Origin: Chloroflexota bacterium
GTDB lineage: Bacteria > Chloroflexota > Dehalococcoidia > Lucifugimonadales > UBA2962
Assembly (NCBI GenBank): GCA_003228095.2
Contig: QGNM01000002.1
Location: forward strand, 9,029-73,028
Length of the DNA: 64,000 nt
Direction of reading: 5' to 3'
Positions 49,566 to 58,228 of this stretch are shown here, in pieces (positions within the stretch are counted from its first letter, which is position 1; each line of letters starts with the position of its first letter). Made by a program: the position numbers and the translations under genes. The notes under the pieces were generated by a model. That model was not told the origin of the DNA. It saw only the letters and a list, made by a program, of their open reading frames with translations, and searched no databases.

Positions 49566-50441
49566 GTGAAAAATGCAAAAAGTTTAACTCATATTTCGTG
49601 TGAAGATGTATTTAAAATATATAAAATTGCTGACCTTGAGGTTGTTGCATTAAGAGGGCTAGACCTAGAAGTTGAAAGCGGAGAGATGATAGCTATTGTA
49701 GGCGCTAGTGGCTCTGGTAAATCTACTTTGTTGAATATATTGGCGGGGTATGACCTTCCGTCAGCAGGTAAAGTTTCTGTGCTGGGAAGAGATCTTCTAA
49801 GTATGAGTTCATCAGAAATAGAAGGATACAGACGAACTAAGGTTGGTTTCATATGGCAACAAACTGGACGTAATATGTTCCCATATCTAACAGCGATAGA
49901 AAATGTTGAATTGCCTATGATGTTGATTGGAGACAAACCCGAAAAAAGAAGAAAAAGGGCAGAACATTTACTTGAATTAGTGGGATTGTCTGAACGGATG
50001 GATCACACTCAAGACAGATTGTCTGGAGGAGAACAACAGCGTGTTGCAATCGCAATATCTCTTTCTAATAACCCGCCATTACTTTTAGCTGATGAACCAA
50101 CGGGCGAACTTGATGATGCCACAGCTGGGGAGGTTATGAAGGTTTTTGAGTCGGTGAATCAAGAGTTGAACACTACTATTATGATAGTAAGCCATGATCA
50201 AGATATTGCATATAAGGTTGATAGAGTTGTTTTAATTAGAGATGGAAAGTTGTCAACAGAAATAACGCGGGATAAATCAGTTGGCGATGGAAATGAATTA
50301 GAAGAATTTATAATCGTAGATGGTAGTGGACGAGTACAAGTACCTAAAACGCTTTTAGATCAGACAAAAATTGAAAGAAGAGCCAAAGTAAGAGTTGATG
50401 ATAAAGGTGTTATCTTAGAGCCAGGAGATGCAAATAAATGA
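49566..50441 (+). CDS. MacB/LolD-type ABC ATPase with C-terminal AbrB/SpoVT-like extension
   Basis: Walker A GASGSGKSTLLN, signature LSGGEQQRVAIA, and Walker B LLLADEPTGELD. An extra ~60-aa tail contains GRVQVPKTLLDQTKIERRAKVRVDDKGVILEP. GTG start 5 nt after the permease stop. Confidence 0.88.
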   Translation: MKNAKSLTHISCEDVFKIYKIADLEVVALRGLDLEVESGEMIAIVGASGSGKSTLLNILAGYDLPSAGKVSVLGRDLLSMSSSEIEGYRRTKVGFIWQQTGRNMFPYLTAIENVELPMMLIGDKPEKRRKRAEHLLELVGLSERMDHTQDRLSGGEQQRVAIAISLSNNPPLLLADEPTGELDDATAGEVMKVFESVNQELNTTIMIVSHDQDIAYKVDRVVLIRDGKLSTEITRDKSVGDGNELEEFIIVDGSGRVQVPKTLLDQTKIERRAKVRVDDKGVILEPGDANK

Positions 50442-51151
50442 ATTCTGACGAAACAATAATAGCGGTCCAAAATGCATCCAGGTCGTTTAAATTGGCAGGG
50501 GAAACAGTATCTGTTCTCAAATCTGTGGATCTTAATATTAGGCAGGGTGAATTTGTGACCTTGATTGGCCGTTCAGGGTCCGGTAAAACCACATTGCTTA
50601 ATCTTTTATCTGGGCTGGATTCACCTAGCAGTGGAAAGGTATTGTTCGAAGATCAAAACATGGCTGAAATGAATGAGGGTAGGCTTACTGAGCTTCGTAG
50701 AAGCAAGCTTGGATTTGTTTTTCAAAGCTTTGGGCTTTTGCCTTTATTGTCAGCATTTGAAAACGTTGAACTTCCTTTACGTATATCCGGTGTTGGAACT
50801 GGGGAAAGAGAAAGATTAACACGTAGGGCATTAGATATAGTGGGACTTGAAGGGAGGTCTAGTCACCGACCGTATGAACTTTCAGGAGGAGAGCAACAAA
50901 GAGTTGCGATAGCGAGGGCTATTGTTCATGATCCCATTCTCATATTGGCTGATGAACCAACCGGGGAATTAGATTCTGTTAATTCAAAGGCTATTTTCGG
51001 ATTGTTTAAACAAATGGTTAAAGAAAAAAACATGTCAGTTGTAGCAGCTACTCATGATTCAAATCTGTTGGAAATGTCCGATAGGGTAATGAGGTTGTCC
51101 GAAGGAAATATTGAAGAAGACGCAACTTATGGGCAACGTTTTCGCGAATAA
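50438..51151 (+). CDS. MacB/LolD-type ABC ATPase (second copy)
   Basis: Walker A GRSGSGKTTLLN, LSGGEQQRVAIA, and ILILADEPTGELD. Its ATG overlaps the preceding stop (ATGA). Confidence 0.9.
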   Translation: MNSDETIIAVQNASRSFKLAGETVSVLKSVDLNIRQGEFVTLIGRSGSGKTTLLNLLSGLDSPSSGKVLFEDQNMAEMNEGRLTELRRSKLGFVFQSFGLLPLLSAFENVELPLRISGVGTGERERLTRRALDIVGLEGRSSHRPYELSGGEQQRVAIARAIVHDPILILADEPTGELDSVNSKAIFGLFKQMVKEKNMSVVAATHDSNLLEMSDRVMRLSEGNIEEDATYGQRFRE

Positions 51152-51211
51152 TACCTAATCTGTATTTTCAAAAAACTTTCATTTAATATATGAATATATT
51201 GGGAGAAACAC

Positions 51212-52393
51212 ATGACATCCCTTCTTTTAAAAGGTGGTACAGTTTACGATTCATCTCAAGGTATAAAAGCCCAAAAATTAGATATAGCAGTCCGTAATGC
51301 AAAAATCGCGGAATTAGCTGCTAATATCGACCCAAAAGACTTTGATGAAATTATTGATGTTACAAATAAAATTGTTGCACCAGGTTTAATAGATTTACAT
51401 TGTCATGTTTTCCATGGGTTTAATTCTTCAGGCGTTCATCCAGATGTAGTTGGAGTTGGATCAGGGGTGACGACGGTAGTCGATGGAGGTAGCGCAGGCC
51501 ACTCTAACTTCGGCGGCTTTCCAACTTATATTATTCCTAACTCAAAAACTAGAGTTCTATGCATGATACATATATCGAGTACCGGATTGTCAGTGATGCC
51601 AGAGTTAACGAGTATTGAAAATATTGATGTAGAGCAGACGGCTCGAGTTGTTCGAGAAAACTTCCCCTTAACTCGAGGAATTAAGATTAGAGCTATAGGT
51701 CCAACAACTGAAACACTTGGGGTAGAGATCGTCAAGTTGGCAAAGCAGGCAGCAATTGATTCTAAAACTAGATTGATGGTGCATATTGGTGAGTTATATC
51801 ATCAAGGCAAAACTTTGACCCAGGAGTTATTGCCATTATTAACTAGAGGAGACATATTAACTCACACTTTTACCCCGAACCCAGGCAAGATAATTGATGC
51901 CCAAGGGAAAGTTTTATCGGAAGTTTTCGAAGCTCAGAAAAAGGGAGTAACTTTGGACACAGCTTTTGGTAGGTATAACTTTAGTTTTGACATCGCAAAA
52001 ATGGCATTGGACCAGGGACTAATTCCCAATACAATCAGCACAGATATGACGATCCTTGGCAGGCAAAATTCTGCTCACAGCATGACTGAAATGTTAACTC
52101 GATTTGTAGCTTTGGGGTTCAGTTTAGAAGATGTTATAAAGATGACTACTGAGAACTCAGCAATTGCTTTGGACATGTTGGATTCAATTGGGACTTTGAG
52201 GATCGGGAATGAAGCAGATATAAGCGTTTTATCAGTTGTTAAAGGAGATTGGAATGTGAGTGATGTTAAAGGTAATATTCTTACTACTAGTAAGGCTATA
52301 ATTCCATACATTACAATAAAAACAGGAGATGTGATAACTCCAGATTTTGGACCTCACCCTTGGGGATTTTTGCCAAACCGAAATATAAAGTAA
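51212..52393 (+). CDS. Amidohydrolase-superfamily metallohydrolase (dihydroorotase/deacetylase-like)
   Basis: PGLIDLHCHVF (HxH metal motif) after a beta-sandwich N-terminus, with later His and Asp residues consistent with the amidohydrolase TIM barrel. Confidence 0.8.
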   Translation: MTSLLLKGGTVYDSSQGIKAQKLDIAVRNAKIAELAANIDPKDFDEIIDVTNKIVAPGLIDLHCHVFHGFNSSGVHPDVVGVGSGVTTVVDGGSAGHSNFGGFPTYIIPNSKTRVLCMIHISSTGLSVMPELTSIENIDVEQTARVVRENFPLTRGIKIRAIGPTTETLGVEIVKLAKQAAIDSKTRLMVHIGELYHQGKTLTQELLPLLTRGDILTHTFTPNPGKIIDAQGKVLSEVFEAQKKGVTLDTAFGRYNFSFDIAKMALDQGLIPNTISTDMTILGRQNSAHSMTEMLTRFVALGFSLEDVIKMTTENSAIALDMLDSIGTLRIGNEADISVLSVVKGDWNVSDVKGNILTTSKAIIPYITIKTGDVITPDFGPHPWGFLPNRNIK

Positions 52394-52396
52394 ACC

Positions 52397-53185
52397 ATGA
52401 ATAAAGAAATACAATTACAAAAGATTAACGGCATAGCCACAATAACAATCAACAGGCCTAAGAAACGTAACGCAATTAATTATGATGGATGGATCTCATT
52501 GCAGGGCTTAGCTAAAACAGTAGATCAAGATAAAGATATCAAAGTCGTTATAATTCAAGGATCTGGGCAAGAGGCATTCTCATCTGGGGCTGATATAGCA
52601 GACTTTGACGATTATCGTAGCAATTCAGAGAAAGCGATTATTTATGCAGAAGCATTTGAGGGAGCGATGAATGCAATAGAGGCAATATCTAAGCCCACCA
52701 TTAGCTTAATAAAGGGTTACTGCATTGGAGGTGGTTGTGAGATGTCTATGGCGACAGATATGAGGTTTGCGGCTGACAATTCTACTTTTGGGATTCCGGT
52801 AGCTCATCTAGGCATTCTAATAGGGTACTCAGAAATGACTCGCTTAATTAGATTGGTCGGTGCGGGTAATGCCTCATATATTTTACTTAGTGGGAAAACA
52901 ATCTCGTCTGATGAAGCCCTGCGAATAGGATTAATAAATGGTTTGCACCCCCTTGCCCAACTAGATAAATTTGTAATGAATCTTGCTAGCTCGATGGTCC
53001 CCCTTGCCCCCTTATCACAAAGAAGGCATAAAAAAATAATGCAAAAAGTGTTAACCAATCCAGGACTGCAAGGGTTAACAGAAGAAGAAAGTCTGTTACC
53101 TTTCACTAATTTTGATTCTGTAGATTTTATGGAAGGTCGAAAAGCGTTCTTAGAAAAGAGGAACCCTGATTTTAAAGGGCTATAG
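52397..53185 (+). CDS. Enoyl-CoA hydratase/isomerase (crotonase) family protein
   Basis: ITINRPKKRNA, FSSGADI and GYCIGGGCEMSMATDMRFA oxyanion-hole motifs. Confidence 0.88.
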   Translation: MNKEIQLQKINGIATITINRPKKRNAINYDGWISLQGLAKTVDQDKDIKVVIIQGSGQEAFSSGADIADFDDYRSNSEKAIIYAEAFEGAMNAIEAISKPTISLIKGYCIGGGCEMSMATDMRFAADNSTFGIPVAHLGILIGYSEMTRLIRLVGAGNASYILLSGKTISSDEALRIGLINGLHPLAQLDKFVMNLASSMVPLAPLSQRRHKKIMQKVLTNPGLQGLTEEESLLPFTNFDSVDFMEGRKAFLEKRNPDFKGL

Positions 53186-53231
53186 TTAATTGTCATATCA
53201 AGTTGATTCCATCTTAAAGGTAGAGATTTAA

Positions 53232-54428
53232 ATGATTGGAAAACACGCATTAGAAGGTGTACGAATATTAGATTGTACGCAAATTCTTGCAGGACCATTT
53301 TGTACCATGCTTTTAGCTGATATGGGCGCCGATGTAATTAAAATTGAGAAGCCCGATGGAGGTGACGATACTCGCCGAATGGGGCCTCCGTTTGTGGAAG
53401 ATACAGCAGCAGCTTTCTTAATGGTGAATCGTAATAAACGAAGTATCACACTTGATTTAAAGAATGAAAATGGCATTCAAATTTTTAAGGAGTTGGCAAA
53501 AAGATCAGATATATTAGTTGAAAACTTACGCCCGGGCACAATGGAAAAACTTGGACTCTCTTATAAAGACATACAATCCATTAAATCAGACATAGTATAT
53601 TGCTCTATTTCAGGGTTTGGGGCAACTGGCCCATATTCCAAAAGATCTGGGTTTGATTTGGTTGCCCAAGGCATGAGTGGGCATATGAGTTTTACGGGTA
53701 ATCCAAATAGTGAACCCATTAAATTAAGTGTGCCAATTAGTGATTTAAATGCTGGGATGTTTGCTGCATATGGCATTTTGTCTGCTTATATAAGTAGACT
53801 AAAAACTGGAGAAGGTCAGTATTTAGATACGTCTCTCTTGGAGGCTGGGATCGCTTATACCATGTGGGAATCTGCAAGTTTATTTTATGAAGGCGTGATC
53901 CCAACTCCAGTTGGTTCCCGCCATCGCATGGCAGCACCATATCAAGCTTACAGCACCTCTAATGGATATATTAATATTGGGGTTGCGAATCAGGGTACAT
54001 GGATTAGGTTATGCGATGCCATGGGTAGGGTAGAAATGAAAGATGATCCTAGGTTTATTACAAATGCAAAAAGAGTTGAAAATCTATTAGTATTAAAGAT
54101 GGAAATTGAAAGAACTCTTCATCAGCATGATACTGAATATTGGTGGAATAAGTTTACTGAATTTAATGTGCCCTCAGGGCCCATTTATGATATGAAACAA
54201 GTATATGAAGACCAACATGTACAAGCTAGAGGAATGGAATTAGACATCAAGCATCCAAGCCTTGGAGACATAAAGAATGTTGGTTTTGGAGTCAAATTAT
54301 CTGGGACTCCAGCTTCAGTTCGTATGCCCCCTCCCGATTTAGGACAGCACAATAACGAGGTGCTAGAGTCTATAGGATTTACAGAATCAGATATTACTGA
54401 TTTAAAACGAAACGGTGGTCTCGGGTAA
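53232..54428 (+). CDS. Family III CoA-transferase (CaiB/BaiF)
   Basis: LEGVRILDCTQILAGPFCTMLLADMGADVIKIEKPDGGDDTR is the classic CaiB/BaiF N-terminus. Length is ~400 aa. Confidence 0.9.
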   Translation: MIGKHALEGVRILDCTQILAGPFCTMLLADMGADVIKIEKPDGGDDTRRMGPPFVEDTAAAFLMVNRNKRSITLDLKNENGIQIFKELAKRSDILVENLRPGTMEKLGLSYKDIQSIKSDIVYCSISGFGATGPYSKRSGFDLVAQGMSGHMSFTGNPNSEPIKLSVPISDLNAGMFAAYGILSAYISRLKTGEGQYLDTSLLEAGIAYTMWESASLFYEGVIPTPVGSRHRMAAPYQAYSTSNGYINIGVANQGTWIRLCDAMGRVEMKDDPRFITNAKRVENLLVLKMEIERTLHQHDTEYWWNKFTEFNVPSGPIYDMKQVYEDQHVQARGMELDIKHPSLGDIKNVGFGVKLSGTPASVRMPPPDLGQHNNEVLESIGFTESDITDLKRNGGLG

Positions 54429-54432
54429 AAAC

Positions 54433-55764
54433 TTAGTCTTTAATTCGCTGAAGCACATTTCTGACTGATCCAACTAGGGTATCTACCTCTGCCTCACCAG
54501 TAAGACTGCATACTGCGCCTTGAGCTTTAGCAAACATCAGTATCCCTTCATTCATTAGGCCAGTGTACAATACCTTTTTAAGTTCTTGATCTCCTCTTAG
54601 CATAGATCTGTAGTCAGTAATGTTTTCATCGGTGAATTGAATCCCGAATAGAGACCCCATTCCAGTTGCTTGGCCAGGAATTTCAAGTTCACCGAATACA
54701 GCATTTATCTTTTGTCTGATTTCATCACCGATGGAGTTTAATCGATTAAAAACATCAGGGGTTAATTGCTTAAGTGTTTCTAATCCCGCGATCATTGTAG
54801 CTGGATTAGCATTAAATGTGCCGGCATGTGAAATTACTGGTCCTTTTTCATTATCGTATAGTGACATCAGCTCTTCCTTTCCCCCCCATGCGCCAATTGG
54901 TAATCCGCCTCCTATTATTTTCCCGAAAGTCGTGACGTCAGGAGTGACTCCATAAATTTCTTGAGCTCCACCACTAGACAAACGGAAACTTTGCACTTCG
55001 TCAAAAATCAAGACAATACCAAGTTGAGTGGTAAGATCACGGATTCCCTGTAGAAATTCTGGAGTTGCCGCGACGTAACCGAAATTAGAGGAAACAGGTT
55101 CCATTATCACCGCAGCCAGATCGTCTGCATTTTTTGTGATAATTTCTATACATTTTTCTAAGTCGTTGTAAGGAAGAACAATTACATCATCTATGACACT
55201 TTGGGGTTGCCCGGGCCATTCTGGAATAGCAGTTGTTTCATCTGGGTTTAACTTGTCCATAGGAGTATAGACACTTACAGAAACATACTCATGGTTGCCA
55301 TGGTATCCACCTTCGAACTTGGCAAATTTTGGCTTTGATGTATATGCTCTAGCCATTCTGATGGCATTAAGAGTTCCTTCTGTTCCAGAATTGGTAAATC
55401 TAACTTTGTCAACTGATGGAACGCGATCCACTATGGTTTTAGCTAATTCAATCTGAACTTCGGTTGGAGCAGAATAACTTAACCCCATATCTGCTTGCTT
55501 CTTCACTGCTTCGGTTACTGCTGGATTTGCATGGCCGACTATATAAGTTGTGGCGTTAAGCATGAAATCAAGATAACTATTTCCATCCACATCATAAACA
55601 TGATGCCCGGACGCCTTGTCAACAAAGAAAGGGAAAGGGTCAAAATACGCCGTTGCCCTTGAACTACCACCGGGTAGATATTTAGAAGCTTCTTTCTGCA
55701 TCAATTTGGATTTTGGATGATTTACAGTAAAGGTGCTACTTTCTTGATCCATTTTGTTTGACAT
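54433..55764 (-). CDS. Class III aminotransferase (glutamate-1-semialdehyde aminomutase-like)
   Basis: NSGTEGT, FEGGYHGN, DEVQSFR, and the PLP lysine in TFGKIIGGGLPIGA. Confidence 0.85.
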   Translation of the reverse strand: MSNKMDQESSTFTVNHPKSKLMQKEASKYLPGGSSRATAYFDPFPFFVDKASGHHVYDVDGNSYLDFMLNATTYIVGHANPAVTEAVKKQADMGLSYSAPTEVQIELAKTIVDRVPSVDKVRFTNSGTEGTLNAIRMARAYTSKPKFAKFEGGYHGNHEYVSVSVYTPMDKLNPDETTAIPEWPGQPQSVIDDVIVLPYNDLEKCIEIITKNADDLAAVIMEPVSSNFGYVAATPEFLQGIRDLTTQLGIVLIFDEVQSFRLSSGGAQEIYGVTPDVTTFGKIIGGGLPIGAWGGKEELMSLYDNEKGPVISHAGTFNANPATMIAGLETLKQLTPDVFNRLNSIGDEIRQKINAVFGELEIPGQATGMGSLFGIQFTDENITDYRSMLRGDQELKKVLYTGLMNEGILMFAKAQGAVCSLTGEAEVDTLVGSVRNVLQRIKD

Positions 55765-55816
55765 AGCTTTCCTCTTGATAATTTTATTTAATTACTATAA
55801 TAATCTTAACTTATTT

Positions 55817-55866
55817 ATCATACCCGGTTACTGAGCAGTTAATCCACCATCAATCATTAATTCTGA
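55817..55866. repeat. Direct repeat copy A: fossil 3' end of an SDR gene (would encode SELMIDGGLTAQ*)
   Basis: 47/50 nt identical to 56541-56590 by hand alignment. Contains the stop codon of the 97-aa ORF in a different frame. Confidence 0.85.
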
Positions 55867-56150
55867 AAGATGTGATATTCACTTACGGCACTGACTACTT
55901 CTTGGCTATCAGTATCTACGCCGGCTTCTTTTCTCATCCTAATTACCTCTGGGTCAGACATAAATGCCATGACGCCTTCCATAGTTTCCGCTTCAGCTAT
56001 ATCATAAATTCTTGTTCCATCTTCGGTTTCCGTTGCCACTATTAGTTTTAGTCCATTTTTTAGCATATGAGGCTTTAAGTCATCAACTAGTTTCAGCCAG
56101 CTTTCAAAGCTGCATTCCTTGGTTTTTTTGAATGTTGTCAGAAATCTCAT
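55857..56150 (-). CDS. Small hypothetical protein (97 aa), possibly a ferredoxin-like alpha+beta fold
   Basis: ORF with plausible composition. Its last two codons and stop are supplied by the repeated SDR-tail sequence. Confidence 0.5.
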   Translation of the reverse strand: MRFLTTFKKTKECSFESWLKLVDDLKPHMLKNGLKLIVATETEDGTRIYDIAEAETMEGVMAFMSDPEVIRMRKEAGVDTDSQEVVSAVSEYHIFQN

Positions 56151-56204
56151 TTTCCCCCTTTTCGCTTCTATTTGCTGGGCATCTCTTTCCTCACATATTA
56201 TAGG

Positions 56205-56507
56205 TTAGAATGATGTATGCTCTTCAGTCCAATACGAAACATATTCACCATCCACCCAAGTTGGCTCTGACTCAAGGTGTTCCATGATTTCTTGAAACAT
56301 CTTATGCTGATTAGGGTCATTCCCGCTTGCATCTTTTGCTTCCTTATTTTCAAAAACTACAACTGCAATCAATTCAGATTGAGTATCAGGATTCATTAAA
56401 AACCAAGCTACTCCTCCAGCAGGTGGCTCCTCTCTTGAATTGAAAACTTCTATCAATTGGTCTTTATGACCCGACTTCACCTTCATTGTAAAAATAGTGC
56501 CATACAT
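56205..56507 (-). CDS. Small ABM/dimeric alpha-beta-barrel-like protein (100 aa)
   Basis: Pattern MYGTIFTMKVKSGHKDQLIEVF...AVVVFENKEA...F resembles antibiotic-biosynthesis-monooxygenase-like domains. AGAGGGGA SD upstream. Confidence 0.5.
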   Translation of the reverse strand: MYGTIFTMKVKSGHKDQLIEVFNSREEPPAGGVAWFLMNPDTQSELIAVVVFENKEAKDASGNDPNQHKMFQEIMEHLESEPTWVDGEYVSYWTEEHTSF

Positions 56508-56540
56508 AATAATTCCCCTCTGTTCGCAATAAGTCTTTAA

Positions 56541-56590
56541 ATCATACCGGGTTACTGAGCAGTTAATCCGCCATCAATTATTAATTCTGA
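56541..56590. repeat. Direct repeat copy B: functional 3' end of the SDR gene plus 11 nt downstream
   Basis: Encodes SELIIDGGLTAQ* of the SDR at 56552-57307. Pairs with copy A 724 bp away. Confidence 0.85.
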
Positions 56591-57307
56591 CCCAGTCATA
56601 TATGAAGACTCGTCAGACGCTAAAAATAAGGCGGCATTGCACACGTCAGTAGCGCTAGCGAATCTCCCAAGAGGTATTTCAAGACCTCGCTGATTTTTTA
56701 AACTCTTGTCTGGGTAGACTTGACTTAACATTTCAGATTCTACAGGTCCTGGATGAATAGAATTTGCCCTCACATTATTTCTAGCATACTGAAGCGCTGT
56801 AGACTTAGTAAATACGCGAACTGCAGCTTTTGATGGGTTGTAAGCCGTGGAAATCCTGCTTCCTATGATCCCAGCTGTTGAAGAAATATTTACTATTGAT
56901 CCTCCCCCTGCAGCGATCATTTTAGGTAAGACGCTTTTGGTTCCTAGGAATACACCTTTCGCGTTTACATTCATGATTGAATCCCATTGCTCTCCGTCTG
57001 TGTCCAAAATTTTCCCTGATTTATATATGCCGGCATTCTGCACTAATATTGTAGGTAGGCCAAAAAGTTGCTCAGTTTTATTTACAAGCTCTATCCAACT
57101 GGATTCATTTGTTACATCTAAATAAACAAAAATTGCTTTGCCGAAGCCATTTTGTATTTCATGTTCAATTTGCTTGCCTTTCGTCGAATCAATATCGGCG
57201 ATTATTATTGAAGCTCCTTCTAAGGCAAATCTTCGAGCTTGAATAATACCTAAATTCCCAGTACCTCCCGTTATAATAGCAACCTTTTTAGCAAGTCTCA
57301 TTGTCAA
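56552..57307 (-). CDS. Short-chain dehydrogenase/reductase (SDR)
   Basis: TGGTGNLG, NAG, YNPSKAA (YxxxK), and C-terminal IDGG. Confidence 0.9.
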   Translation of the reverse strand: MTMRLAKKVAIITGGTGNLGIIQARRFALEGASIIIADIDSTKGKQIEHEIQNGFGKAIFVYLDVTNESSWIELVNKTEQLFGLPTILVQNAGIYKSGKILDTDGEQWDSIMNVNAKGVFLGTKSVLPKMIAAGGGSIVNISSTAGIIGSRISTAYNPSKAAVRVFTKSTALQYARNNVRANSIHPGPVESEMLSQVYPDKSLKNQRGLEIPLGRFASATDVCNAALFLASDESSYMTGSELIIDGGLTAQ

Positions 57308-57375
57308 TTAAAAACAATCGTGACTTTAGTAGAAATTTTGGTAATAACGTATGATAAGTTCATCGATTGTGCTAG

Positions 57376-58191
57376 TTATTCATTCATAGATCCGGATCGA
57401 AATCCTTCTATATCAATAGTTATATATTTATATCCTAAAGCTTTTAAGCTTGTTGTAACTTTCTGTTTAATTGAGGGAGTTAACAATTTATCGAACTCTT
57501 CAACAGGCAATTCGATTCTCGCTATAGTGTTATGGTCACGAACCCTGAGTTGATTAAACCCCAGATCTCTCAATAATTCTTCAGCTGCCCCAATTCGCGT
57601 TAATAACTCACTTGATATTTGTGTTCCGTAAGCTACCCTAGAAGCAAGACATGCTTGAGCAGGTTTGTCCCAAGTAGGCAAGTTCATTTTCCGCGACAGA
57701 GCTCGTATATCTGTTTTAGTGAGGCCTACCTCTGCTAGGGGACTTATGACTCCATGCTCTGTAGCAGCTTTTATACCTGGCCTGTAATCATCTAAATCAT
57801 CATGGTTTGTTCCATTAGCCACCGTTTTATAATTTAATTTAGCAGCCAACTGTAAAATATCTTGGTAAAGAGTATCTTTGCAAAAATAACATCTGTCGAG
57901 CTGATTTGCTCTATACTCAGGCCTGTCAATTTCTTGGGTTTCTATGACACGGCAAGAGAACCCTGCTGTCTCAGCGACTGAAATAGCTTCGTTAAGCTCC
58001 TTATGGGTAATGCTAGGAGACTTTGCTATTACGGCTAGTGACTTATCTCCCAATACTTGATGTGCTATCGATGCTAAAAGAGCACTATCAACCCCACCGG
58101 AATACGCAACAATCAAGGAATCACTTAAAGAAACCCTTTTCTTTAAGGCAATCAATTTATTCTCTAAATCTGTGGATTCCAGAGCTTGCAT
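57376..58191 (-). CDS. larE: LarE-type ATP-dependent sulfur transferase (nickel-pincer nucleotide cofactor biosynthesis)
   Basis: PP-loop AYSGGVDSALLA, ACLASR Cys motif, plus an upstream CYFC pair. Size is about 270 aa. Confidence 0.8.
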   Translation of the reverse strand: MQALESTDLENKLIALKKRVSLSDSLIVAYSGGVDSALLASIAHQVLGDKSLAVIAKSPSITHKELNEAISVAETAGFSCRVIETQEIDRPEYRANQLDRCYFCKDTLYQDILQLAAKLNYKTVANGTNHDDLDDYRPGIKAATEHGVISPLAEVGLTKTDIRALSRKMNLPTWDKPAQACLASRVAYGTQISSELLTRIGAAEELLRDLGFNQLRVRDHNTIARIELPVEEFDKLLTPSIKQKVTTSLKALGYKYITIDIEGFRSGSMNE

Positions 58192-58228
58192 TAGTTAATT
58201 TTAGTATTTTTCATTGTAAAGTTGTGGT

